From: Epiperipatus broadwayi
Lineage: Eukaryota; Animalia; Onychophora
NCBI GenBank assembly: GCA_028023455.1
Contig: JAQFVV010000005.1
Location: forward strand, 1,364,001 to 1,428,000
Direction of reading: 5' to 3'
Length of the DNA: 64,000 nt
Each line of letters starts with the position of its first letter. Within the stretch, counting starts at the first letter, position 1. Positions 26,315 through 39,900 of the stretch are shown one piece after another. The notes below the pieces were generated by a model. It made no database searches, was not told where the DNA came from, and saw nothing but the letters and a program-made list of their open reading frames with translations. Both the position numbers and the translations under genes were made by a program.

Positions 26315-26946
26315 AGAAACATTGTAGTGTTGTTGATGTTTGCTAATATATGCAAATTAGTCTTCATATGCAAAACAATTTTACTATCAAAAGATCAATC
26401 AGCTTGACCACTTCTTAGAAAATATAGAAATATGTGTCTTTTCTACTAATGGCATGTGGATCATTTATGAGATTTTTGGTTTTAAAACAATATTGTCAGA
26501 CATTTAGAATCACTAGTTCTCATAATTTCCAAGATAGTTTCAGAGTAGCTGACTTTGAAAGCATTAATACAATATTCGTTTAAGCTGGATGTAATAATTT
26601 CTGAGCTCAGAATTAAGCAAATATGAGTGAGTTCAAAGATGGACAACTTCAATGGCTTTTGAGGTAAATGAAATTTTAGAAATTCAAGTTTTATTTTAGA
26701 TCTTGTTAATTTTAACTGAAATATGAGGCTCACATTGAACTTATGAACTTCTGTTAAAAAGAACAAACTTCTTTTAAAGGAGTATTTTTTTTACTAGAAT
26801 CTGTACCTCTCTGCTGGAAGCAATTGATATCTGGAGGCAGTGGATTTTTGTGAAAACTTTGGTGAAGTTTTACTGAAGTTTTTTTATTACCAAACATAAA
26901 TACTTCAATTTACCAATAAAATTTTATAAATTTGCATACTTTTTTT

Positions 26947-27012
26947 TTTCATTCCAATATCAGCCTTTCAAGCTAATTGAGCACAGCTTGAAAGGCTGAT
27001 ATTGGAATGAAA
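26947..27012. repeat. Perfect 28-bp inverted repeat with 10-nt loop
   Basis: tttcattccaatatcagcctttcaagct / aattgagcac / agcttgaaaggctgatattggaatgaaa, no mismatches. Confidence 0.9.
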
Positions 27013-27868
27013 TATAATTGCAAGCACGGCGCTAGATAAAATATTTGCTTATACTTTTTTTTTTGAAAAATGTATGTTGAAGCTCCAATATATACTATAT
27101 CAATATGCAATTCTTTAATTTATATGCTATTTAAAAAAAGACATATACAAACAATAAATAAAACATAAAAACATTTGTATATGTAAATTAGTACATTTTA
27201 TGATACAACATCAATAATTTTTTCATCTCTGAGTGCCATACATGATCACATTCATTAATAACATTGATACAAGTTACATTAAAGACACATATTTTTATGA
27301 TTGACCTTTTTTAACATTTACCTACTTTGATGTGATACAGTATTTTGTGTAACAAAATGTTTTAAAAATGTAAGGCCAAAAGTTTTAGAAAATTTAAAAT
27401 TTGTAAAGTATCTTTCTCAAGAGATACAATGAAAGCTAGCAATTTAGTAGTGGCAAAAAATAGAAGTAAAATATTATTGAATTACATCAGAAAGCTTAAA
27501 GGCTAATATGTTATTTAAAATGGGTAACAATAAGGATGACTGTATTGCAAAGTTAATACAGACTTAATAACATCAAAACAACTAGAGAGGCCAATAACAA
27601 GATTATTATAACGTTTTCATAGGGAAAAAGTTGTAGAAGAAAAAAGTACCACCCTAAATGTGTTTAATTATTATAAAAGTCTGAGACTTTGCTATTCATT
27701 TTATTAAAAAAACAATATGGTAAGTTTTTATTATTTTTATTTTTTGAGTGAAAATTGAGTCAATGATAAAATTCTGCAAACATGTATGTAAATGTGCTCC
27801 CTCAATTTATTATTAATAACTACTTGTTTTAATTTGATTTATACAATAATCTTAATTGATATAGCATT

Positions 27869-28006
27869 AAAAGCCAGTCACCATTTTGACAATCCCAGTA
27901 TCAATAACAATCAACAATTTCAAACTGTTGTCAAGGCAACCTCCTTTTAACACAAAGTTGTTGATTGTTATTGATATTGCGATTGTCTAAGTGTTGACTG
28001 GCTTTA
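27869..28006. repeat. MITE-like palindrome; half copy at about 14768-14850
   Basis: Arms aaagccagtca...tatcaataacaatcaacaa and ttgttgattgttattgata...tgactggcttt. The same sequence occurs at 14780-14845. Confidence 0.65.
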
Positions 28007-29342
28007 AATGATTACTTACAAATCCATTTAGCCTTGAGCATTTTTACATTTATTAATTGATATATGTATATTACACATATAAAAAGTGTTTATTATATAT
28101 ACATAGGTGTTGAAAAGTGTTCTACATTTGCAGCCAACAATTCTACTCCAATCAAAGATTATTAATAAAATGTCTGCTATTATGCACAATATACAGTATA
28201 CACAAAGAGGGCTTGGAACTAAATATAATAGATATCATAGATCCACTGTATTATTATGACTTAATCTTCTAAGATTACAACAAATAAAGTGCATAATGAG
28301 GAAAAGCTTTTAATTCTTTAACCATGACCATGCACATTTATACTCAGCCTAATTTGAGGTGTTTATAAATATGGTGAAAATTTCATGCTTATTTACCATA
28401 TCTTTTATAAACTCAGAATACCTAAATGGTATTTACATACTTAGCTTCAATATATAAAGAATATTGGCAAGTACTTTTTAATAATAGAATACCACTCAAA
28501 AATATTGAGCATGATGATAAATTACTTATGAGAATTTTAAACACAATTTGTATAGATCTGTAGTCTTCTGTCATAATAATTAAAGCATTTCTTACTGTTC
28601 ATATCCACAGTCTGAATTTTGAGTCTGTATATAGATTAATATCAGACATTCTTTCAAGTAATGACCAGTCTTGGCAATTTTATCCAAATATTAATCCAGT
28701 ATTGATAAACAATATTGGTAAGTAAAAGTTATCTGGTTATTAGTAACCAGAGAATAAAATCTCAAGTTAATTTGGATTGTCAGTTAAGTGTCTGGTGTGA
28801 TTTTAAAAATAAAGAATACTAGTGGAAGTTATTATATTTATATAAACTTTGAAACCATATTCAATATTTAATTTTAGTTTAACATCAAGATTCAGATATT
28901 TTTTTACATAATAAAATTGCTTCTGTATAATAAATGTAATTATAGTAAATGACTTCATGTTTTTTAAAAATATTTCCATCTCTTTATTCTATAAGCATAA
29001 AGTGAAGTTTATAAATTAAATTGAAATGATTATCATTAAATTAAGAAAAATAATGGCAATGAACATTGAGATTTGTGAGAACGTAGATCAACCAACAAGA
29101 TATGGTTTGTAAAAATGTTCCTTAGAAGCCGTTTACATTATTGCCAATTTAATTTTTTTAACTCTTTCACTACAAACATTTTTTTTGACAACCCATAATA
29201 TATATTTGAGTTAAAGTTTTAATTTTAATTTTTAAGCTTTTATTCTGCCACATATTTCCACACTTTTTAACATATTTCTTAGAAATATGTGTTTACAAAT
29301 GAAATAAAAAAAAAAAAAAATTCAACTTTGCAAATATAGAAA

Positions 29343-30201
29343 CCGTGTTACTCTGAAAATAAGACCTAACCAGAAAATAAACCCTATCATGATTTTTCAG
29401 GATGGTATTAATATAAGCTCTAGTCCAAATGTAAGCTCTAATTAGGACTGCCAGTCTGATGGATAGATTTTATTCATCCATGAAAAATAAGACCTAACCA
29501 GAAAATAAACTTTACCATGATTTTTCAGGTGCTAATAATATAAGCCCTATTCTAAATATTAGCCCTAATTAGGATTGCCAGTTTGATGGATAGATTTTAT
29601 TCATCCTTTAAAACGTGATGGATGTATTGAATTATAAAATAATGAATGGATAAATAATTATAAATGTATATTTTTGTGCTTGAAAAAATATTATTCAGAA
29701 TTATTTGGGAGGCAGATTCATAACTAATCATTTTAATAAACTTCAAATTACAATTTTACTGTTTATTTATCAATGCACCTTCTTCTGTCTGATATAAGAA
29801 TTCTTCTTTAATCTGAAAGTATATAAATCAATGTTGATATCCAAAAAGGTTGAAACTTATTATTAGCAGGAACCTTAATTTAAAAATTAATCAAGATAAT
29901 GTTTCATATATTATTTTAAATATAATTTCAACAGTATGAAAATAACTTGTAAAATTCTCACATAGAAATAAAATGTTGTGTGATATGTTTATAATTCTAA
30001 ATGTTTCATATTCAAGCAATAGTAACAGTTATTTATGTGCTGTTGAAATTACAGTTGTCATATTGAATAAATATAGATTTTTGTATTTGAATAAATGTAG
30101 ATTTTTATGTATGAAAAAAAAAAGATATCATCTGAAAATAAACCCTGTCTTTTGGAGCAAAAATTATTATAAGACCTGGTCTTATTTTTGAAGAAACATA
30201 G
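29343..30201. mobile_element. Non-autonomous pogo/Tigger-like DNA element with internal tandem duplication of about 127 bp
   Basis: Degenerate TIRs ccgtgttactctgaaaataagacc and ggtcttatttttgaagaaacatag, followed by TA at the right end. Unit gaaaataagacctaaccagaaaataaac...ttattcatcc occurs twice (about 29355 and 29482). Confidence 0.7.
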
Positions 30202-30399
30202 TAACTAAAATATGTCATCATACCAATGGCTTTAGTCATTTTGCTACTGCTGATAACAATGTATGTTTAACAATTTATATATTATTTGAACTTTATTTCT
30301 AAATTCCAAATGAATTTTTCTTTAAAAAGCAATTTAATTATGTTTTAAAAGGTAAAATTCTACTTATGATTATTTAAAAAGTCTAAAAATATGGGTTTC

Positions 30400-31640
30400 A
30401 GTGATTATAGAGATATTCCCTTTTTTAACCAATCACAATTTCCTATTTTATATTTTTCTTGTCTTATATATTTAAAATAATAAATATTTGAAGATATTAA
30501 TCTAAATACTAAATATTGTCATTAAAAAAATATTTTACAAATATTTTGCAAAAATAATTATAAATATATAAATAAACTATAAAAATATGAGTTTCTTTTT
30601 CAAAAATCAAATAAAAGCTGAGCATTTGCAAGAATTCTTACAAGCACTCTTGGGGTTTGAGATTAAAAAAAAAACTACCAATCAACTAGCATGTTTAAAT
30701 TGTTTGTATTAGGTTCTTTATACAATAAGATCAACATCAGATTTTTAAAATGAATAAATCAATGCATATGCTGGCTGCAGTTTTTATCAACAAATGAATG
30801 CAAAATGGCAAATGAATGCTACTAAGTGAATTTAAGTGGATGCAACTGAAGCGCCACCTTACAGCATTACAGAAATGCTGCTATGAAAATAATCATTTAT
30901 TCAGTAAAACTTTATTTTTAAATTCAATTTTGTAATGTTATATTTTCCACCATATTTTATATTTTTAAAATTATTCACTAATAATTTGGTCTTTGCTTTT
31001 ATGTTTAGATTCATTTTTAATTTCTATATAATATTAAAAATGTTTTTTGCTTTTATTTAATATTTCTATTTTAATTTTTAAATATTTTAGTTATCTGAAT
31101 GATTTTGAAATCCAGTGCATCATGGACTATTATGATAGTTTGCTATGCTGTGGCTTTTAATCATGTTCTTGTGTTATCTTTAGCACTATTTTGCTGGTTT
31201 CATACTCATTTAATGGTAAAATTGGAAATAATGTCAGTAGACATGGAGAAAAATTACAAATGAGTTGATAAAAGCTAGGAGGTTGCTGATTGGATTTTTT
31301 GACCTTGGGCACATAAACAAACATGTAAGCTTCTTTTATAGTAATGAGCAAAAAAAATGCATGTTTTTATAGTTTGTTTAAATATTTGCGATTATTTTTA
31401 CAAAATATTTGTATAATAATTGTAAATATATTCATGTTCAAAGTTAATTTTTTTTTTGGAATATGTTTTATTTTTAAAAGATACAAGTTAAGAAATTCTA
31501 AATATTGATAAAAAGGAAACCAATCATTATGTTTTGTCAAATATTAAATTTCAAAACTTTTGTAATATTTTAATAATTATAAAGATAATTTTAAATTTTA
31601 GAACAGAATTTCATAGCTTTATAATTTTATAATTATTCAT
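30400..31640. repeat. AT-rich element with long imperfect terminal inverted repeats; related blocks at about 13190-13460 and 24850-25170
   Basis: The aaccaatcacaa...tattttgcaaaaataattataaatat block recurs in both orientations. Confidence 0.35.
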
Positions 31641-32424
31641 TCACATTAAAAAAATAAAATTCAATCACTATTTTGCTAATATATATATATTTCCAATAGT
31701 GTTATAATAATCAGCTAATATGAAAAAAGTGATTGTTTTTTTTATATTTAAGCTTTATTTTATGTTATTTTTTTGTATTTGGAAAGCTAAAATTTGTATT
31801 TTTTAACTTGCATTTCTGATAAATCAAATATAATTTAATGATTCATAATATTGAATAAGGGTTTAATACTAAAACAAGATATTAAATTATTAATTTAAAT
31901 TGTCACTAGAAAAGAATGACAAAATGTTGAAATGCAGAAGAGATAATTATAAAGTAGTTATTATTATTGTTACTATGATTACCATTATCTTTGTTAACAA
32001 TTTCAGCATTATCTTTATAAATATTTTTTATGATTCTATTTATACAGTTGTTTTTATAACTTATTTTTGTTATATTTTCAATTATAATTTTTTTATTTTA
32101 TTTGTTTGACTTTTGTTTTTATTACTACTAATTTATTTAGTTTTTTTTTAATTGAATGTTCTGTTATTGGTTTTTATATTTAAATTAGTTTTTATCTTTT
32201 ATAAATTAAAACATTATTTAAAACTTTTATTTTACATGATTTTAGTTTTTAACATTTCATAATTGTCTGTAAATTACTAAGAATGAAATATTTTTTTTAC
32301 TGTTTTTTAATACATTTTAAAATAATTTTCTAAAATATTTGTCGCATATACAACAATGGTTACATACATATTAATATCTAACAATAGCAAAAACACTAAA
32401 ACCTTAATTCAAAGATCCATATTA

Positions 32425-33830
32425 TTTTTGGTGTTAATCAATCCTCTGCAGGATGGTTTCTCCAAGGTAAATCCATCTTCTTCAATCTCTAGCCTCTCTT
32501 TTCTACATCACTTCAGCACCCTGTTTCTAAATCTTTTACAATCTTTTGGAATCCAGTTTAAGATTTCAACTGTCCATCTATTATCATATTTTCTAGTACT
32601 AAGTCCAGCCCAACTCTACTCCAGTCTCTTAATTTTTTCAATGATATAGCTGTTTGTTCTTTCAACTATGTATTTCTTTTTTGATTACTTCTTGTTATTC
32701 CTAATATGTATCTCTTCATACTTCAATGAGTAGTTTGAAATCTTTGTATTTCTGTTAAGTGTTCAAGTCTCAGATCTATATGCAAGAACTGGTAAAACAT
32801 ATTTATTAAATCTTTCTTTGCAAGCACATAGGCATATTTTGTTTTAATATTATTTCTACCAAAAGCACTCCAAACAAGTTTAGTTTTTTAAAATTTCATC
32901 CATTATATTTTCATCTGTAGTAATAATCTGACTAAGAATATTTGTAGTTGTTAACTTCTTTCAGTTCATCATTATTAATCTTTACTTTATTCTTTTGAGA
33001 TAATTAATTGAACATTACTTTAGTCTTTTAACATTTATCTTAGTTCTACTTTTTTATCTTTATCTGATAACTCTTGTAATAGTTACTGAAGCTCTAAAGC
33101 ATTATTTGCAAAAGCAAATTACATCTTCTGCAAAATCTAGATGATTTAAGTCCTCTCCACTTATTTTTACTCTCTTAGCTTCCCATTTTAATCCACACAA
33201 TACTTTTTGCAAAACTGCTGTGAAAGGTTTTGGTGATATGGACTCGCCTTGTCATACACGTTCTCAATGTTAATGTTCCTAGTATGATTTTATAATTTAA
33301 TTGATGCTGTTGCATTTTTATAAATATTCTTCAGAATATGACAATATCCTGGATCTATATCTTGATGATCCAATGTTTTAATTGCTGAAGAAATGCTTAT
33401 AGAATCAAATGACTTTTCATAATCTACAAATTCAAAGCATAATGGCAACTTATATTCTTTCATCTTTTCTATAACTTCTCTCAATAATTGGATATGACCC
33501 ACTGTACTAAAACCACTTTTAAAACCAGCTTGTTCTTTTGATTGGTTGAAATGTAATGTTATCTTGGTAAAAAATGTACAAAACTGATAAAAGACTGATC
33601 GGTCTGTAATTTCTAATATCTTCTTTATCACCTTTTTAAAATATCAATACTGCATTTTCCCAACAATGTTGTACATCTTTTCAAATTCTTTACATGCTTT
33701 TTTTAGGACATCAATTATAATTTAATCATTACCTGGAGCTTTTGTTTTCTTCATAGATTTAATTGTATGTCTCACTTCTTTTAAAATACTGGGCAATTCA
33801 GAACATGTAATAGTTGTAGAAAGTACTTAA
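32425..33830 (-). mobile_element. RTE LINE fragment (RT to 3' end, internally deleted)
   Basis: EQAGFKSGFSTVGHIQLLREVIEKMKEYKLPLCFEFVDYEKSFDSIS (33290-33631), KAPG near 33735; 3' end matches the 22005 and 38270-38450 copies. Confidence 0.85.
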
Positions 33831-34059
33831 CTTTAATTTTTAAATATGTGTGAAACATTGTTAAAAAAATAAAGTATCCATTTATTGTATTATATTTAAT
33901 ATATTGTTGCTAAATGAAATCAATATAAAACAAAAAATTGTTACATACAAGGAATATTAACAAGATTGAAAATATATGCCCATATGATGTAGAACTGCAT
34001 TTTATAATTAAATATTTACAAATAACTTCATTTCTCATAATACACTTTTTACAATGCTT

Positions 34060-34115
34060 TTATTTAAAGCATAACAATTTCGACCGATTAACAGACTTCT
34101 TCAGATATTAAAAAT
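34060..34115 (-). ncRNA. Degenerate type I HHR motif (family C)
   Basis: Minus strand aatat-CTGAAGA-A-GTCTG-ttaat-CGGTC-GAAA-ttgtt-atgct. Stem II has one mismatch. A partial inverted copy of the downstream flank is at about 34160-34190. Confidence 0.5.
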
Positions 34116-35436
34116 AACATACACTTACTCCTTTTAAATTAAAAATTAATGTAAGCATTGTGAAAAGTGCATTATAGGAAATGTAATATATTTATGAAGA
34201 TTTAATAGAATATAAATGGATATTTTATCTCGAGGTTACAGCCTTGGTAAATATTATTTACGTAATCTGTGCGTTTAATAAATTTATAATTACAACTTTA
34301 AATTACTGTAATAGATTTCTAACTATAAAATCTTTTCATTGACTCGTAAATTGAAAGATTTTGTGAGTATTAATGTGTAATAAAAAATGTGGACTTAATC
34401 AGTGAAGTATTGAATAGCTTCACACTCGCAGATCTAACTGCTTCAGCTTCACCTATTTAAATAGAAAGTAGGTTGAAGTAAAGAAGGGTTCCCCTCTTTT
34501 CTTCCATAGCATAAGCTTGTGGTTAAACGCCTGTAGAGGTCCCTACTATCGCATTTTACACGCATATTCTCGAGATTACAGCCTCGGTAAATATTAATTA
34601 TTGTATTATAAAATTATAAGGATTAAAATATTTGCATTAACTTTTAATATATTTTTAAATATTTCTATGACAAATTTATATAAATAAGATGTGCATAAGC
34701 AAAAAAAAAAAAAACTAAAGCAGTCTAAATTAGTCCACTATAAATAAATATCAATGGTTCCTTAAGCAACCATTATAGAGACATAATTAAAAAGACATAG
34801 TACCTACCAGGTTAGTAAACTTCCAGGATGAGGAGGACTTTTTATGAACATGACAGGCTAACCCTTTATATATATACAAGCACATATTCGCTGACTATGC
34901 ATAGCAGACGAATGCTTGACTATTGTACCATATAAACGTTTATATACGTACACACACACTCATTGAAATTTTTTTTCTAATTTTGAAATTTATTAGTAAC
35001 TTGTGTTTAGTTTAAAGCAAATTTTTAATCAAATTCGGGGGCTGTAAGATCTCAGAGAATTCACAACTTAAAATATTTACAATGTTTACACAAGTTCCTA
35101 CAACTTTTTTTCACACAGGCCAAGTTAATTATGAAGAGGCTTTTGGGAAATGTACAGAAGGAGAACAAGTTAAAGTAGCAGAGGAAATCGATCGTTCGCT
35201 CAACATTTTTTTGTACACATCCTGTTTCTACGATATAAAAAAATGGGAAAAATGATAAAAGTATTTTTTGTAAAAAAAAATAAAAAATGTTAGTATTGAT
35301 TTTATTTATCCATCTTTTTATCTAGGTCTCATCTGTCTCACAAACTCTATTTATCTATCTATAAATCCATCCATCTGTTCATTTATCTATTTATTTATCC
35401 AAAAATCTATCCACCCATATATCTATTCACCCAATC

Positions 35437-35712
<276 letters not shown>

Positions 35713-36999
35713 AGCTGTCTGTCTTTCTACATATCCATTTATTCATTTATCTATATTTCTAACAGCTTATTTATGGATATTCTCCCTTTTCCATATATCT
35801 ATCTGTCTGAATATTTTCTGTTATTACTGTTAGTCTTCATCAATTTGACATAAATCCTTTATGGTATAAAATCCGTTTGCTCGTTTTTTAATGCTATTCA
35901 ATAATTCCATCCATTTCATTGCTTATTTTTTCCTTTTTTTTAAAAAAAAAAACCGTAATTTTTATGAATGTCACTAATTTGGTCATTCTAACAAATCTTA
36001 TTTGAAATTCAAAATTTCATTTGTCTGTATGGTAGAATATAGATGCCAATAGAGAAGGGAGTTGCTTTGTTTTATTTTATCAAGTTAAAGGATTAAGTGA
36101 GTTGTTATTATTATTAATATTTCTAACCAGGAGACAAAGGTTATTACAGATAATAAGGACTGTGGATACTAAAAATATATTGATCTGTAGAGAGATCTAT
36201 ATAATTGATTAATTAAGTTGATTTGGGTTCAAAACCTTATAGTATTTTGAATTCCAGGCATTTAGCTTGAATAGTATAATGGAATTGAAGGTTGATACTA
36301 GTGGTATAACTGCTTTATTTTCAGCTTTGAATCCCAAGAGAAATCTAGAATCTGGTTGGGTAAAGTGGAAATAGGAAATTAAATGTGCTACCAGTGGAAA
36401 GGTAGAATAGGTATTGAAGGGTGCTACTAGTGAGTAATTATTGAGTAATTACTGTTTAGTTTAAATAGATTGTTATTTTTGTAGTTCTTTACACTTGAAA
36501 AATCTGCTGGTAGCAGGGGAACCATTGCTACTGTTTAAATTTTATTTTCTTGGCTAGTCTGGTTGAGTTGTGAATTTGGGGTAACTTTGATTATTTATTG
36601 ACTAGTTTAGCTTTATGCTTTTAATGTTTACATTTTGATGAGATTCTTTGCATTTAAGGTAGTGTTGCTTGTATAGTGTAAAGGTTTATGTTTATATATA
36701 TATTAGTTTTGGTTGTATGAGTGTTGTTGTAAGGATATATGTTTGTGATAATTTAGTTATATATATGTTTGTTTTGTAAAATTTATTGATTACAAGGTTG
36801 TGTTATATAATAAAATTTAAAAAATAAAAAGAGAGAAAAAAAATGTGTATGTTTTGATGTGTTTTTTTTTTTTTTTGTTAATTTAAATGTGTATTTGTTA
36901 TTTCTAGTTGTTCTTTATTATGGGTTCGTGGGGTTTAGTTTTTAATAATTTTCCATTGAATGATATTAGGAGGATTAAAAAGTTTATCTGGATTGAGTG

Positions 37000-39900
37000 A
37001 TAGGATAGAATGTTTAAGATGGCAGACTTATTTTCTTAAAAAATGGAGGGAATTTAATGTTTTTATTAGGAGTTGTAGTATTAATTTTAAGAAGAATAAA
37101 AAATTGTTAAAAAACGGAATTTAGTTTTGAATTTACAAACGCATATTTTGAATAGTTTTTGTTTAGAAAAATAACAAAGTTTATTGTAGTGATAGGGTAT
37201 TTGAGAGTAATGTTTCTATTAACAAAGTTATCAATCTTTCTGATATTAAGTTAAATGATAAAGAATTTAGATATTCTTGGTAAAGGTCCTAATTTAGTTC
37301 CATTTCATTCAAAAAATATAGTGTTTGATACAATTTCGTCTATTGAATCTAGTAATTTGAATGATGAGCAGAAAGTTGGCATTCAATTGATTTTAAATAA
37401 AAGTTTAAAAAGAAAAAAAAATTGTTAATGCTGCTGAGGTTAGACATCTTAAGGATAGGTTAATTGCCAATGATGTGATCATTTCTTGCGAATGAGGGCT
37501 GTGTAAAATGGATAAAGAATTAAATAATGATAAATATATGTTTTAGAAAAAGATTCTGGGAATGCGATCAAAAGAGATATTATAAAAAATGGTAAGTTTA
37601 AAATTTTTTAATAGAATAGATTACTTAAAATGTTATTCTACTGACTTCGTATCAGCTAAGATTCTTATGAATATTAAAGACATCACAGAGATGGTTTTCC
37701 TTTAAGATTTATTTTTGATTTTACAGATAGTATTGTGGAGCTGCAGAAAATTTTGCAGGAGTTATCAGATGAAAGTAGGAAAGTAGAACTAAAGATAAAT
37801 GTTAAAAAGACTAAAGTAATGTTTAATCGATTTGCTCAAAATATGAAAATAAAGATTGATTATGATGAATTAGAAGAAGTTAACAGTTACAAATACTTTA
37901 TTCAGATTGTTAATACAGATGGAAACATAATGGATGTTAATCATAGAATTAAACTTGATTGGAGTGCTTTTGGTCGAAATAACTTGATACTAAAAGGAAA
38001 TATGCCTATGTGTTAAAAAAAAAAAGGTTTTTAATAATTGTGTTTTACCAGTTCTTACTTATGGATCTGAGACTTGGACATTTAATAGAAGAGCAATACA
38101 GAGACTTCAAACCCCCCAAAGAAGTATGGAGAGATGCATGTTGGGAATAACAAGAAGAGATTGAAAATGCAATGTATGGGTAAGAGAACAAACAGGTGTT
38201 ACTGACCTCATTAAAAAAATTAAAAGATTGAAGTGGAGTTGGGCTGGACATATTGCTAGAAGAGATGATAATAGATGGACAATTGAAATCTTAAACCAGA
38301 TTCCAAGAGATTATAAAAAACCCAGAAAGAGACCACATGTTAGATGGATGGATTAAATAAGAAAGTATGCAGGGGTGATATGGAGAAGAGAAGCTAAAGA
38401 TCGGAGAAGATGAATTGAACTTGGAGACCTTTATCCTGCAGTGGATTGATAATGGTTGATGATGATGATGATGGTGATTGTGAATGGTATTTTTAGGTTC
38501 TTGAATAATTTTTTAAAACAATTTGTTTATTTTGATTATTACACAGTTTCTTCATTTCTTGAGGCTTTTGATGAGATTAATAATTTTAAAATGGAAAACA
38601 ATTGGGTATTTGGTAGCTTGGATATTGAGAATGTATATCAATCTGTTAATAGATTAAGCAATATTGATGTTCTTGTGTCTGTACTGGTTAAACATGGATC
38701 TTTGTCAAAGAATAAAATTAAAGTTATTGAAGATTTTCTTTTATTATTGCAGGATTCTATGTATTTTACTTATAATGATAATTTTTATAATATTAAGGAA
38801 AGGTGAATAATAGGTTATATTATTTCTCCCTTAATTTGTTCAATTTATATTAATTATTTGGAATAGGAAATTATTATTAAGAAGGATTGTTTATATCTAA
38901 AGTTATTTGTTAGATATGTGGCTGATTATTTGTTTGTAGTTGAGAATGATAAATTAAAAGAGTTGTTAAATGAGTTTAATTGTTTTGATCCTTCTATAAC
39001 CTTTTTTACTTTCAAGCAGCCATATTGAATATTTAAAAAAATTTTGCTAAGCCACAAATTTTATTATAACTTTAAGTTTTATTAATAAAAAAATGACATA
39101 ATAAATATTGTTTTAAAGATTAAATACCAAAGAATGTAATTAAACTGAAAAAAATATAGTCATTGATATTCAAAGTAATAAAAAAAAGAATAAAAGTTAA
39201 TACTTCTAATAATTCTTTTCATATTATTTCACAAATCCTAAATTATCATGCATACAACTTAAAATTATATTTTTGTTAATAGGTTACTTGGATTCATCAT
39301 TAAATTTTTAAAAAATTAGTATATAATAACACTTATCTAAGGTAATCCATCACTTGAAAACTTCATAGAATAAAGACATTACTACCTATCAATTTTCCCA
39401 GTAGCTCTTTAAAATGTATTTCCATACAGGGGGTTGCAATGTATAAGTCATTCCTAGTAACATCCCTTATAACAAGTAGTTAACATTGATCAATAATTAG
39501 TATAATTTGAATATTATGATAAAGAACTTCAATACAGTTGTAATTTATTAAAAAGTATTACTAAACTAGTCACTATATATACAAAATAGAATAATAAAAT
39601 AAAATAAAAAGTGAAATACTAAATTTATTATAGAGTTAAACTTGAGGTACATTTGTTAGTAGTTTATATATATACTGTCAACACCGTTAGTTTTAGCATT
39701 TGCTTATTTTTTACTATTATTAAAATACAGACAAAAATTTATAGAAAAATCTAAATTGGGTCATTATATTTCCAAAATATGTTCATCTTTGTCTCATATC
39801 AATTAATTCAAATACTCCATCCACACAAGCTCACATTATAAAAAAAATATGCATGATCTTTTTTTTTATATGGTAGTTTCAATAATCATTTTTTTGTGAT

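Noticed and set aside
28440-28760. Possible CR1/L2 C-terminal remnant on the minus strand (YEQ..L..L..RRL)
   Set aside because: Too degenerate to support.
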